Below are positions 9,177-18,577 of a DNA stretch of 64,000 bases, piece by piece; the stretch's first letter is position 1; every line of letters begins with the position of its first letter. Source of the DNA: Oscillospiraceae bacterium (GTDB lineage Bacteria > Bacillota > Clostridia > Oscillospirales > CAG-272). The notes beneath the pieces are model-generated. The model did not search any database, had not been told where the DNA came from, and saw only the letters and a program-made list of their open reading frames with translations. The translations under genes were made by a program, and so were the position numbers. The stretch lies in the NCBI GenBank assembly GCA_015065005.1, contig SVRE01000005.1:899-64898 (forward strand), given 5' to 3'.

Positions 9177-10382
9177 CTATTCTGCCAAGCTGTCGCGCTT
9201 TGCCATAACGAAGGTGCATATAATTGTAGGTATAACACTGATTAGGAAAATACCCACAAGGATAATGATTTCAAGGGGATAAACCTTGTTAAGGTTAAGC
9301 ACAACACCCATGGTGGCAACATAGTCACCCATTAAAAGCAGGCAAAGTCTTGACACACCAAAGGCAATAACCGTGGAAATAGCACCGATAATACTGTTTT
9401 GTATAAGGTATAAAAGATTTATTTTCTTCATACTGATACCAATTAATCTCATCAAGGAAATTTCCTTTGCTGAGTGGTACATATTAAGAAGCGTGATAAT
9501 GGAAATTACAATTATGTTCATTATAAGAATAATAGCACAGAGAACAAATACAATGTATTTTGTGTCATCAGCATCACTCAGTACATCTCTGACAATCTGC
9601 ATAGGCTCAATTGCCTGCAAGGAATAGGTTTCGCCATCGTGGGTGATGGTCTTGTTTTCGTATTCATTTACAAGCTGCATAGCATATGTGGGATTTTTGG
9701 TGTTGACCAAAACAGCGCAAACTGTTCCGTGCATATGCTCGTGCTCCTCGTTCTTGCTTTCCTCGTGCTCATCACTCTCGTGGTCGTGCATTTCCCAAAG
9801 CGTATTAATTTGCGTAAACACAACTCTATCATAAACAGAGTATGTTTCGTCTAAAATACCAACAACTAAAATACCCTTTTCGTGCTTGCTGCTTTCGGCG
9901 GCTGAATGGCTTGTGTAAATGGTGTCTCCAACCTTAAGCCCGTTTTGCTTGGCAACCGTAGCACCAACCACAGCCTCAAGGGACCCTTCGTCTGTGAACA
10001 TTTCACCCGCTTTTAGCTCCTTGCCTGCTAAAAATTTGCTCTTAGTGCCCACAACGCTTGAGCCGTTGTAGTTGTCCGCCATAGCATAAGGAATGGCTGA
10101 TACAACATTGGGGTTTTGCTCTAATTCTGTAACCACAGAGTAAGGGATAGTGCCAAGTGGCTCCTCTGTAAAGTACATTGTATTCATAGCAAGCTGTGTC
10201 TTACTTCCGGAAGGACCGACAATCAAGGAATAATATCCTGCATTGCTTGTAATACCGTCACTTACCTGGCTTGAAACGTTAAAGGCAAGAACGCCAACGC
10301 TTGCCGAAATGATTATAGAAATAACAATGAGAATAACCTGAACCTTTTTTATTCCCATATTTTTAAGGGCAAATTTAAGCAT
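9177..10382 (-). CDS. ABC transporter permease, FtsX/MacB family, with a His/Glu-rich loop
   Basis: N-terminal TM, large extracytoplasmic domain with HDHESDEHEESKNEEHEHMH, C-terminal EISLMRLIG motif and three TMs. Confidence 0.85.
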   Translation of the reverse strand: MLKFALKNMGIKKVQVILIVISIIISASVGVLAFNVSSQVSDGITSNAGYYSLIVGPSGSKTQLAMNTMYFTEEPLGTIPYSVVTELEQNPNVVSAIPYAMADNYNGSSVVGTKSKFLAGKELKAGEMFTDEGSLEAVVGATVAKQNGLKVGDTIYTSHSAAESSKHEKGILVVGILDETYSVYDRVVFTQINTLWEMHDHESDEHEESKNEEHEHMHGTVCAVLVNTKNPTYAMQLVNEYENKTITHDGETYSLQAIEPMQIVRDVLSDADDTKYIVFVLCAIILIMNIIVISIITLLNMYHSAKEISLMRLIGISMKKINLLYLIQNSIIGAISTVIAFGVSRLCLLLMGDYVATMGVVLNLNKVYPLEIIILVGIFLISVIPTIICTFVMAKRDSLAE

Positions 10383-11016
10383 CGTATCTTCCTCCCGTCA
10401 TTTCGTTCATATCAATAACATAGTCAAAATACTTACACAAGCGGTCATCGTGCGCTACCGCAATCAAGGTTTTTCCCTTGGAAATTTCAGTCAACTCCTT
10501 GATTACAACCTCTCCAATCGCAAAATTAAGATTGCCCGTTGGCTCGTCAGCCAAAATAATCTCAGGAGACTTAACAATTGCTCTTGCAATAGCCACCCTT
10601 TGCTTTTGTCCACCGGACAAATGCTTGATTTTCTTGTTTTTTCTTTCAAGCATATCAAGGCTCTTTAATACCTCGTCTGCTTTGGATGTGTCGATACCCT
10701 CCAGCTTAAGGATGTTAATATTATCAATAACACTCATTTCAGTTATCAGCTTAAAGTCCTGAAATATATAGCCAATATTCTTAATTCGGAATAAATCCTT
10801 TTCCTTTTGGGAAAGCTTGGTCATATCAATGCCATCAATAGTAATTTCGCCCTTTTCTGGGGAGAGAATACCTGCAATCATATTAAGAAGTGTGGATTTT
10901 CCACAGCCGGAAGCGCCTAATAAAATGTAGGATTTTCCGCTTTCAAATACCATATCCTTGTAGTCAATTGCGGTTTCGTTTTTGAATTTCTTTGAAACAC
11001 CTGTTATGCTAATCAT
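10375..11016 (-). CDS. ABC transporter ATP-binding protein (LolD/MacB-like)
   Basis: Walker A GASGCGKS, IGYIFQDF, LSGGQKQRVAIARA and ILADEPTGNL. Confidence 0.95.
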   Translation of the reverse strand: MISITGVSKKFKNETAIDYKDMVFESGKSYILLGASGCGKSTLLNMIAGILSPEKGEITIDGIDMTKLSQKEKDLFRIKNIGYIFQDFKLITEMSVIDNINILKLEGIDTSKADEVLKSLDMLERKNKKIKHLSGGQKQRVAIARAIVKSPEIILADEPTGNLNFAIGEVVIKELTEISKGKTLIAVAHDDRLCKYFDYVIDMNEMTGGRYDA

Positions 11017-11025
11017 AAAAACCTC

Positions 11026-11910
11026 CTAATTAATTCCAAATAGCATTAAAGCAAAGCCGATCAAGGCAGAAACTAAATACATAGTAATAATAATGCGCAT
11101 GTTTTCCTTTTTTATCGGGTTAGCCTTAAGAAGCACTGCAATGCCAACCCCCGCGCCTGAGCAAAGTCCGGAAAGGGTCGCGCCAAAGGAAAGAGAGCCG
11201 TTAATATAAAGCTGTGTAATAGCAGAGGAAATTGCACAGTTTGGTATCAAGCCCAAAAGCGCTGTAATAAACGGCTGGGCATAATGTCCGCTCAGCAAAA
11301 TATCATTAAGTCTGCCCTCACCCAAGAAATATATAGCATAGCTAACTATAATATTAACAATAAAAATAAATAAAGTAGTCTTTAGAGTGTGAATAAGAGC
11401 AGGCTTTAAAATACCCTCCTCTTTCTCACAACCGCAGTCCTTGCACATATCAACAGCCGCTTTTTTGATTTTAAGCAGCTTTAAGGCAATGTCAACGCCA
11501 AATCCGACTACAATACCAATAATAATCTTGGCAAGGATAATTTTCCAAATAGAGCCGTGTGCCTCAGGAGTGGAAATAAGTATAGGAATCGCCTCGTCAC
11601 TTGTGGCTAAAAAAACCGCAATAAGTGTGCCCTCGGTAACTACACCTGCTGTATATAGGTTAGAGGCAGTTGCGGAAAAGCCGCACTGTGGAATACAGCC
11701 AAGCAAGGAGCCAAGCAAGGGTCCCCCACGTCCGATTTTAGATAAGGATTTTTCCATTTTATCAGACGCCTTATGCTCGATAAACTCCATTAAAAGATAG
11801 GCTAAAAATAAAAACAAAATAGCATTTAACGTGTCAATAGTACTGTGCCAAAGGGGATGCAAGAACTCTGGTAAAATATGATGCAAAAGCTCGTGTAAAA
11901 AGTTGAACAT
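11026..11910 (-). CDS. Putative heavy-metal (Mn/Zn/As) permease, ArsP_2/DUF2899-like
   Basis: Multi-TM protein with duplicated GCIPQCGFS / GLIPNCAISS motifs, TSDEAIP, His-rich N-terminus and a CKDCGC loop. Confidence 0.75.
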   Translation of the reverse strand: MFNFLHELLHHILPEFLHPLWHSTIDTLNAILFLFLAYLLMEFIEHKASDKMEKSLSKIGRGGPLLGSLLGCIPQCGFSATASNLYTAGVVTEGTLIAVFLATSDEAIPILISTPEAHGSIWKIILAKIIIGIVVGFGVDIALKLLKIKKAAVDMCKDCGCEKEEGILKPALIHTLKTTLFIFIVNIIVSYAIYFLGEGRLNDILLSGHYAQPFITALLGLIPNCAISSAITQLYINGSLSFGATLSGLCSGAGVGIAVLLKANPIKKENMRIIITMYLVSALIGFALMLFGIN

Positions 11911-11920
11911 TAAGGCTCCT

Positions 11921-11960
11921 TTTCAAATTCATTCTCAAATTTGAGAAGTGTTCTCAAATT
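11921..11960. promoter_or_regulatory. Fur-family-like operator (overlapping palindromes)
   Basis: AATTTGAGAA-gtg-TTCTCAAATT (11938-11960) overlaps the perfect palindrome TTCTCAAATTTGAGAA (11932-11947). It lies between the promoter and RBS of the metal operon. Confidence 0.6.
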
Positions 11961-11968
11961 ACGAATTC

Positions 11969-11997
11969 ATTATAATACCAAAAGAGTAAAATGTCAA
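11969..11997 (-). promoter_or_regulatory. SigmaA promoter of the metal-transport operon
   Basis: TTGACA-17 bp-TATAAT on the minus strand. Confidence 0.85.
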
Positions 11998-12118
11998 CAC
12001 CCAAAATGAAAACAAAAAATTAAATTTTGTAAATTAATGTAATGTTTGGTAAAAATACTAACAAAAAGGTATTGAAAAAAACGAATCATTGTGGTATTAT
12101 CTTAACAGATAGATTTTA

Positions 12119-12217
12119 CAGAGTAAACATATGTGCGTTAAGTGTTTAGAGGACGGGGAGTTGCCTCTTTAACGAAAACCATTGGCGGTTGCGGTACATA
12201 TGTTGCATCCCGCTGGA
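12119..12217 (+). ncRNA. THF riboswitch
   Basis: CAGAGTA...GCGTTAAGTG...GGGAGTTG...AACGAA...GCGGT...GCATCCCGCTG matches the THF aptamer architecture; upstream of folT-folC. Confidence 0.9.
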
Positions 12218-12271
12218 CTCATCTCCACAAACGGTGCAAAATCTGTATTTCGTTTAGGGAGGTGTTTTTTT

Positions 12272-12802
12272 ATGCGAAAAAATGAAAAAATAAGAAAAAT
12301 AACTACAACAGCAATGATGATAGCCTTAAGTGTTATTATCGGTATGTTCTGCAAAACCTTTTTGAATTTCGGTGCAGGGCTCTTTAGGGTAACCTTTGAA
12401 AACATTCCTATTATTATGTCGGGCATAATTATGGGGCCGTTTGTAGGCGGAGCGGTTGGCTTAGCCTCCGACCTTCTCAGCTATTTTTTGTCTCCGCAGG
12501 CATACCCGCCGAATTTGATAGTAACCTTAGGTGCTACAATGGTTGGTGTTATGTCAGGCTTAGGGTCAAGGCTGATAGTAAGGAAAAAGGGAAGAGCGCA
12601 AATAATAGTTTCTGGCGCTCTTGCACATTTGGTAGGCTCTATGATAATAAAGCCAATCGGTCTTTATCAGTACTATCAAGCTATGACGTTTTTGCGCATA
12701 CCCTTTTATTTGGTAATTGCTCCTATTGAAATTGCTCTTATTTGTATGCTATTAAGCAGGCGTGGCTTTGCAAGGGTGGTCGGATATTGTGACACACAGT
12801 AA
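12272..12802 (+). CDS. folT: Folate ECF transporter S component
   Basis: AMMIALSVII, RVTFENIPI..GIIMGP..GG.VG..SDLLS pattern; THF riboswitch upstream; ATG after GGAGGTG. Confidence 0.85.
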   Translation: MRKNEKIRKITTTAMMIALSVIIGMFCKTFLNFGAGLFRVTFENIPIIMSGIIMGPFVGGAVGLASDLLSYFLSPQAYPPNLIVTLGATMVGVMSGLGSRLIVRKKGRAQIIVSGALAHLVGSMIIKPIGLYQYYQAMTFLRIPFYLVIAPIEIALICMLLSRRGFARVVGYCDTQ

Positions 12803-12816
12803 ACGGAGGATATATA

Positions 12817-14094
12817 ATGAATAAGGAAGAAGCACTTGAATATATACATTCAATAAATTGGACCTTTTGCAAGCCGGGGCTTGAAAGGATAAGAGAGCTT
12901 TGTGAAAAGCTTGGAAATCCGCAAAACAGCTTGAAATTCATCCACGTGGCGGGGACAAACGGCAAGGGCTCCCTTTGCTCAATGCTCTCAAGCGTGTTGA
13001 AGGAGCAGGGTTATACAGTTGGCTTATATACATCTCCTTACATCAAATGCTTTAATGAAAGGATGCAGATTAACGGGGAGATGATAAGTGATTCCGAGCT
13101 TGCGGAAATTACTGAAAAAATCAAGCCTATAGCGGACAGTCTGGAGGATAAGCCAACGGAATTCGAGCTTGTAACCGCTATCGCATTTGAGTATTTTAAA
13201 AAGCATAGATGTGATTATGTTGTTCTTGAATGTGGCTTGGGCGGCAGGCTTGATTCCACCAATATAATTGAAAATTCGGTTTTATCTGTAATTACGGGAA
13301 TTGCCCTTGACCATACATCAATTTTAGGTGACACGGTCGAAAAAATCGCCTATGAAAAGGCGGGCATAATAAAAGAGGGTGTACCGTGCCTTTGGTGCGG
13401 TGATAATGCTGAGGCTTACGGTGTAATAAGTAATGTAGCTAAAGAAAAAAACGCACCCTTATTCAAGACAGAAAAAAGTGGGGTAAACATTAAAAATGCG
13501 ACACTGGATGGCACTTTTTTTGATTTTGATGACTATAATAATGTAAAAATCAATCTTCTTGGCACCTATCAGGTCAGCAACGCAATAAACGTCTTGTATG
13601 CAGTCAAGCTTTTACAGAAAAGCGGTGTGAAAATTAACAAGGAAAGTGTATATAAGGGGCTTGAGAAGGCTCGCTGGCAGGCTCGATTTGAAAAAATCTC
13701 AGACACTCCCCTCGCTATTTTTGACGGAGGTCACAATCCGCAGGGGGTTGACTCCTGTGTTGAAAGCATAAAATCATATTTTGGTAACGAAAGGGTGTAT
13801 GTCTTAACAGGAGTTATGGCTGATAAGGATTATACTTATATTTCAAATAAAATCGGTGAAATTGCTGCTTGTGTTTTTTGCATAACTCCCAATAACCCAC
13901 GTGCCTTGGATGCAAGGGAGTATAAAAAAGAGTTTTTAAGACAAAATATAACAGCAGAAAGTTATCAAAGCATTGATGAGGCTGTTTGTGCTGCATTGGA
14001 AATGGCAAAAAGAATGAACAAATCCCTTGTCTGTCTTGGCTCGCTTTATATGTATTCGCAGGTTGTGGACAGCGTGAAAAAACACAGCAAATAA
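12817..14094 (+). CDS. folC: Folylpolyglutamate/dihydrofolate synthase
   Basis: IHVAGTNGKGS, GLYTSP, ECGLGGRLDSTN, EKAGIIK, DGGHNP and GSLY. Confidence 0.95.
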   Translation: MNKEEALEYIHSINWTFCKPGLERIRELCEKLGNPQNSLKFIHVAGTNGKGSLCSMLSSVLKEQGYTVGLYTSPYIKCFNERMQINGEMISDSELAEITEKIKPIADSLEDKPTEFELVTAIAFEYFKKHRCDYVVLECGLGGRLDSTNIIENSVLSVITGIALDHTSILGDTVEKIAYEKAGIIKEGVPCLWCGDNAEAYGVISNVAKEKNAPLFKTEKSGVNIKNATLDGTFFDFDDYNNVKINLLGTYQVSNAINVLYAVKLLQKSGVKINKESVYKGLEKARWQARFEKISDTPLAIFDGGHNPQGVDSCVESIKSYFGNERVYVLTGVMADKDYTYISNKIGEIAACVFCITPNNPRALDAREYKKEFLRQNITAESYQSIDEAVCAALEMAKRMNKSLVCLGSLYMYSQVVDSVKKHSK

Positions 14095-14122
14095 GCCTTA
14101 ATTCCTCAAAATTCGCTATGAC

Positions 14123-14151
14123 TTGACAAAGAATATAATATATGTTATAAT
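14123..14151 (+). promoter_or_regulatory. SigmaA promoter of the polysaccharide cluster
   Basis: TTGACA-17 bp-TATAAT with extended TG. Confidence 0.8.
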
Positions 14152-14198
14152 AAAGCATCCACATAGTGATTTTCGTTCTTGAAGAATAGGAAGATTTT

Positions 14199-15161
14199 AT
14201 GAATAAAAATATTGATAAGTCTGACATCAAGGCTCAGGAAAAATCTGAGTTTAAGGAATGGTTTGACTTTACAAAAAAAGAATTCGTTAAAAATATAAAT
14301 ATTGTTAAGCAGCTTGTTTTAAGGAGCATTAAGGTTCAGTACAGGAACTCTGTTATCGGTGTTTTCTGGACAATTCTTAATCCTCTTTTGAATATGCTTG
14401 TTATGTATCTTGTGTTTAGCAGCATGTTCAGCAGGGGTGGTACTACAACGGAGGTTGATAAGGCAACGTATGCTCTTTACCTTCTTTGCGGTAATATTGT
14501 TTTCGGTATGATGAGGACGGCAACATTTCAATCCCTTCCATCTATCGTACAGAATCGCGGCTTGCTTACGAAAAACAAAATGTCATACAATGTTTTTCCC
14601 TTGTCTCACAATTTAAGTGCGGTTGTTAATTTCGGATTTTCATTTGTCGCACTTTTGGGCGTTATGCTTGTTGTCTGGATACAGGGTCAGGCGGTGTTTA
14701 GCGTGAATATTTTCAGGGTGTTTATTGTTCTTCCTGCGCTGTTCTTATTCAGCTACGGTCTTTCCTTGGTGCTTTCGGCAATGTACACCTTCTTCAGAGA
14801 CATTATGCATTTTTACAATGTGTTCTTGACACTATGGATGTATCTTACACCGATTTTCTATAATCTCAGCATGTTCGGCAAGGATTTTTCTGGCAAGTTT
14901 ATGGAAACGGTTATCAAGCTTAATCCAATGTACTATTACGTTGAATATTTTAGGGATGTTGTGTACAGATGCTCGGCGCATCAGGCGGTAGTGGATAAAA
15001 TGCAGGCAGCAGGCGAAACGGTGTCTCAGGTTATGTCTCAGGCGGCATTGCTTCCGGGTGCTTGGGAAACTGCAATACTGTACATTATCGGTATAGCGAC
15101 AACACTCATTGGTGCTATTGTATTTATGGCAACAAAGCGTAGATTTATTTACAATATTTAA
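14199..15161 (+). CDS. ABC-2 polysaccharide/teichoic acid export permease (Wzm/TagG-like)
   Basis: KVQYRNSVIGVFWTILNPLL, FFRDI, WMYLTPIFY and LNPMYYYVEYFRD. Confidence 0.9.
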   Translation: MNKNIDKSDIKAQEKSEFKEWFDFTKKEFVKNINIVKQLVLRSIKVQYRNSVIGVFWTILNPLLNMLVMYLVFSSMFSRGGTTTEVDKATYALYLLCGNIVFGMMRTATFQSLPSIVQNRGLLTKNKMSYNVFPLSHNLSAVVNFGFSFVALLGVMLVVWIQGQAVFSVNIFRVFIVLPALFLFSYGLSLVLSAMYTFFRDIMHFYNVFLTLWMYLTPIFYNLSMFGKDFSGKFMETVIKLNPMYYYVEYFRDVVYRCSAHQAVVDKMQAAGETVSQVMSQAALLPGAWETAILYIIGIATTLIGAIVFMATKRRFIYNI

Positions 15162-15170
15162 TGGTGAAAA

Positions 15171-15965
15171 GTGATGTTTAAAAGTCATAAAAAGCATAAA
15201 ATGAATAACAGTGAAAACGTTATTGAGGTAGAAAATGTCTGTATGGATTTCTACCACCGTGAGGAAAAGGTTGACAACCTAAAGGAGTTTTTTGTAAGAT
15301 TGCTTAAGGGTAAGCTTGAGCGCAAGAAGGAAAGGGTTCTTGAAAATGTCAGCTTTGAGCTTAAAAAGGGTGAGTCAATAGGTCTTATCGGTCACAATGG
15401 CGCGGGAAAAAGTACACTGCTCAAAATTATTTCCGATATTATAGAACCGACCGAGGGTAAGGTTAGAACTCACGGTGTAATTGCTCCTCTTTTGAACCTT
15501 GGCGCAGGCTTTGATTATGAGGCTACAGGTAAAGAAAACGTTTACTTAAACGGTGCTATTCTTGGATATTCCAAGAAGGAGCTTGAGCGTAAGTATGAAG
15601 AAATTGTTGAGTTTTCCGAGCTTGGAAAGCATATGAATGTTCCGCTTAAAAACTATTCCTCGGGTATGGTAGCCCGTCTTGGCTTTGCAATTGCCATAGA
15701 TGTTGAGCCGGATATACTGTTGGTTGATGAAATTTTGTCAGTTGGTGATGAAAATTTCAGGCGTAAATGTGCTGACAAGATTGATGAGCTTCGTAAAAAG
15801 GGCGTATCATTCGTAATCGTATCTCACAATATGGACCAGATTAAAAAGCTGTGTCAAAAGGCACTGTGGATAGAAAATGCTCATGTTCGTGCTTATGGAG
15901 AGGTGCATGATGTGTGCGCTAAGTACGAAAAATATTGCTTGGAGATTAAAAAGACAAACAAATGA
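15171..15965 (+). CDS. Polysaccharide export ATP-binding protein (Wzt/TagH-like)
   Basis: GLIGHNGAGKSTLL, YSSGMVARLGFA and DEILSVGD; no C-terminal carbohydrate-binding extension. Confidence 0.92.
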   Translation: MMFKSHKKHKMNNSENVIEVENVCMDFYHREEKVDNLKEFFVRLLKGKLERKKERVLENVSFELKKGESIGLIGHNGAGKSTLLKIISDIIEPTEGKVRTHGVIAPLLNLGAGFDYEATGKENVYLNGAILGYSKKELERKYEEIVEFSELGKHMNVPLKNYSSGMVARLGFAIAIDVEPDILLVDEILSVGDENFRRKCADKIDELRKKGVSFVIVSHNMDQIKKLCQKALWIENAHVRAYGEVHDVCAKYEKYCLEIKKTNK

Positions 15966-16033
15966 TATCGTTCGTAGCAAGCAAACGGTATATTCTGTAA
16001 AGCAGTGAGCGCTTATAACGGGAATACAAATAT

Positions 16034-16076
16034 ACAGCCTGGCGAGCTTTTGATATTCTCGTCAGGCTGAAATTTT
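16034..16076 (+). terminator. Terminator-like hairpin between wzt and the priming glycosyltransferase
   Basis: CAGCCTGGCGAG...CTCGTCAGGCTG followed by AAATTTT. Confidence 0.5.
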
Positions 16077-16106
16077 AAAATAATAATGAAGGGAGAGGAA
16101 TGGAAA

Positions 16107-17477
16107 ATGAAACAAAACATGAATAAAACAGCGGCAATATTCAGTGCGATTTTGGACCTGATTATCAACACAGGGTCCGTATATTTGGCAATATTATTGC
16201 TCAGCAACAGTGCCCGCGTGTTTGGCAAAACCTCAATGGTTGTTTCTACAGTATGTGCGGTATGCTCTGTATTAATTTATTTTGCCTGTGACCTGTATTC
16301 CTCAACCGTTCTTGAAAGGCTTCACAGGGTGCTGTTCAAGCTGGCAGGGGTGCAATTTTTTATTGTATGCAGCTTGCTGTTCGTTATAGTTTGCATAGTG
16401 CCGAGAAGAATTGAATATTATGAGCTTTTGTTTGTAAGTGCGCTAATTTCATATGTTGCTTTATCGTTCAAAAAGGTTCTTGCAACTAAAATTGCTCACG
16501 GCATCAGAAAAAGTCAGAAGCACAGAAGGACCGTTTTGCTTGTTGGAAACGGGCACGGTGCAATTGAGTATAGTAAGCAAATAAAGGAAAACCCTCACTA
16601 CGGATATTCTGTTGTGGGTTGTATCAGCGACAGGCAGACAGATGAGCTTGAGTGGCTTGGTGAGTATAAGGAGCTTGCCTCGGTTTTGGAAAGTACAAAT
16701 CCTGATGAGGTTGTAATTGCTTTGTCAATAAGAGAAGAGCCTATGATACAGGAGTTTATTCGAATTTGTGATAACGCAGGTGTCAGGGCATCTATTGTGC
16801 CACCTATATACAGATATTTCAAGGCGAAATGCCAGGTGGATATGGTTGGCTCGTTGCCTCTTATCAATACAAGAGACATTCCCCTTGACAATCCGGCAAA
16901 TGCCGCTATGAAAAGACTTATGGATATAATAATATCCTTAATAATGATAGTTTTTACATCTCCTATAATGCTGATTGCTGCACTCGGTGTAAGGTTATCC
17001 TCCAAGGGCCCCGTGATTTTTAAGCAAAAAAGAGTCGGCAAAAACAATAAAATATTTACAATGTATAAATTCCGCTCCATGAAGGTAAATGACCAGGAGG
17101 AGACGGGATGGACTGTACCTGAGGACCCGAGGAAAACACCGTTTGGCACATTTATGCGTAAAACGGGTATAGATGAGCTACCTCAGCTTTTCAATGTCCT
17201 TTTCGGAAGTATGTCTATTGTTGGCCCAAGGCCGGAGCTTCCAGCCTTTGTCGAAAAGTATTCAAAAACCGTTCCGCTTTATAAGGTTAAGCACCAGGTA
17301 AAGCCGGGCATAACAGGGCTTGCACAGATCTATGGATTTAGGGGAGATACATCCATTGAGGGCAGAATTGAAATGGATATTAAATACATTGAAAACTGGT
17401 CATTGTTTAACGACATAAAAATACTTGTGGTAACCCCATTTAAAATGTTTAACAGAAATGAAAAATACGTAAAATGA
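16107..17477 (+). CDS. Undecaprenyl-phosphate glycosylphosphotransferase (WcaJ/CpsE-like priming GT)
   Basis: N-terminal TMs, KRLMDI, FTMYKFRSM, IDELPQLFNVL.GSMSIVGPRPE, VKPGITGLAQI and YIENWS. Confidence 0.92.
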   Translation: MKQNMNKTAAIFSAILDLIINTGSVYLAILLLSNSARVFGKTSMVVSTVCAVCSVLIYFACDLYSSTVLERLHRVLFKLAGVQFFIVCSLLFVIVCIVPRRIEYYELLFVSALISYVALSFKKVLATKIAHGIRKSQKHRRTVLLVGNGHGAIEYSKQIKENPHYGYSVVGCISDRQTDELEWLGEYKELASVLESTNPDEVVIALSIREEPMIQEFIRICDNAGVRASIVPPIYRYFKAKCQVDMVGSLPLINTRDIPLDNPANAAMKRLMDIIISLIMIVFTSPIMLIAALGVRLSSKGPVIFKQKRVGKNNKIFTMYKFRSMKVNDQEETGWTVPEDPRKTPFGTFMRKTGIDELPQLFNVLFGSMSIVGPRPELPAFVEKYSKTVPLYKVKHQVKPGITGLAQIYGFRGDTSIEGRIEMDIKYIENWSLFNDIKILVVTPFKMFNRNEKYVK

Positions 17478-18532
17478 AAATATTTATTGCCGCATCAAAT
17501 ATGATGCATATAAACAACTTTCACCGTCCGTACATAGATAAGCTCAGGGCAGAAGGTCATCAGGTTTACATAATGGCAAGTGGAGAAGGGGCGGATTTTA
17601 ACATCGGTTTTGAAAAACGCTCCCTTTCTTTTACCAATTTCAAGTTAAGTCGCCAAATAAAGGATATAATAAATAAAGAAAAGCCGGATGTGATTTATTT
17701 GCATACAACCTTAGCTGCTTTTTGGATAAGAATGGCGCTTAAGGGTATAAAAAAGCGACCGTATGTTATAAATACCGTTCACGGATATTTATTTGGGAAT
17801 AGCTCAGGCAGGATGCATAATTTTGTATACCTTACCTGCGAAAGGCTCGTGAAAAAGCAAACCGATGATATTATTGTTATGAACAAAGAGGACTATGAAA
17901 TAGCCACAAAAAATAAGCTGTGCCTTGGAAATGTCTATTCTTCAAACGGAATGGGCGTTAGCTTCAAGGAATGTGATGTGCCATTAAAAAATGAAAGAAA
18001 AGATAAAATTGCCCTTGCCTATGTTGGTGAGATAAGCAAGCGTAAAAATCAAATTTTTTTGGTACAAGCAATGAAGCAGCTTGAGCGCTATACTCTCACT
18101 CTTGTTGGTGACGGTGATGAAAGATCAAGAATAGAAGAATACATAAATAAAGAAGGCTTGAGTGACAGGGTATTCATAACAGGCTTTACAAGTAAAGCAT
18201 ACGAGTATATAATGAACTGCGATATTTATGTTTCCGCATCCAGAATTGAGGGCTTACCCTTTAATATAATAGAGGCTATGTACTTGAAAAAGCCCATAGT
18301 TGCCAGCGATATTAAGGGCCAAAGGGATCTTTTGCCAAAGGAAATGCTATACCCCTTGAATAATATGGGGGAATTTATTGAGCATTTAAAAAATACAAAT
18401 GCTGTCAGGGTTGAGTATGATGTTCAAAAATACAGTCTTGACAAGGTTCTTGGCGAAAATATGGAGCTTTACTTAATGTGTAAAAAGGAAATGCAACCAA
18501 CAGTTGCAAAGGAACAACTCACAGTATATTGA
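17474..18532 (+). CDS. GT4 family glycosyltransferase
   Basis: TVHGY, VGEISKRKNQ and SRIEGLPFNIIEAM..PIVASDIKG. Confidence 0.9.
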   Translation: MKIFIAASNMMHINNFHRPYIDKLRAEGHQVYIMASGEGADFNIGFEKRSLSFTNFKLSRQIKDIINKEKPDVIYLHTTLAAFWIRMALKGIKKRPYVINTVHGYLFGNSSGRMHNFVYLTCERLVKKQTDDIIVMNKEDYEIATKNKLCLGNVYSSNGMGVSFKECDVPLKNERKDKIALAYVGEISKRKNQIFLVQAMKQLERYTLTLVGDGDERSRIEEYINKEGLSDRVFITGFTSKAYEYIMNCDIYVSASRIEGLPFNIIEAMYLKKPIVASDIKGQRDLLPKEMLYPLNNMGEFIEHLKNTNAVRVEYDVQKYSLDKVLGENMELYLMCKKEMQPTVAKEQLTVY

Positions 18533-18577
18533 CAATAAAAGAGAGTTGTTATATACTATATACAAGGAGGAAATAAT

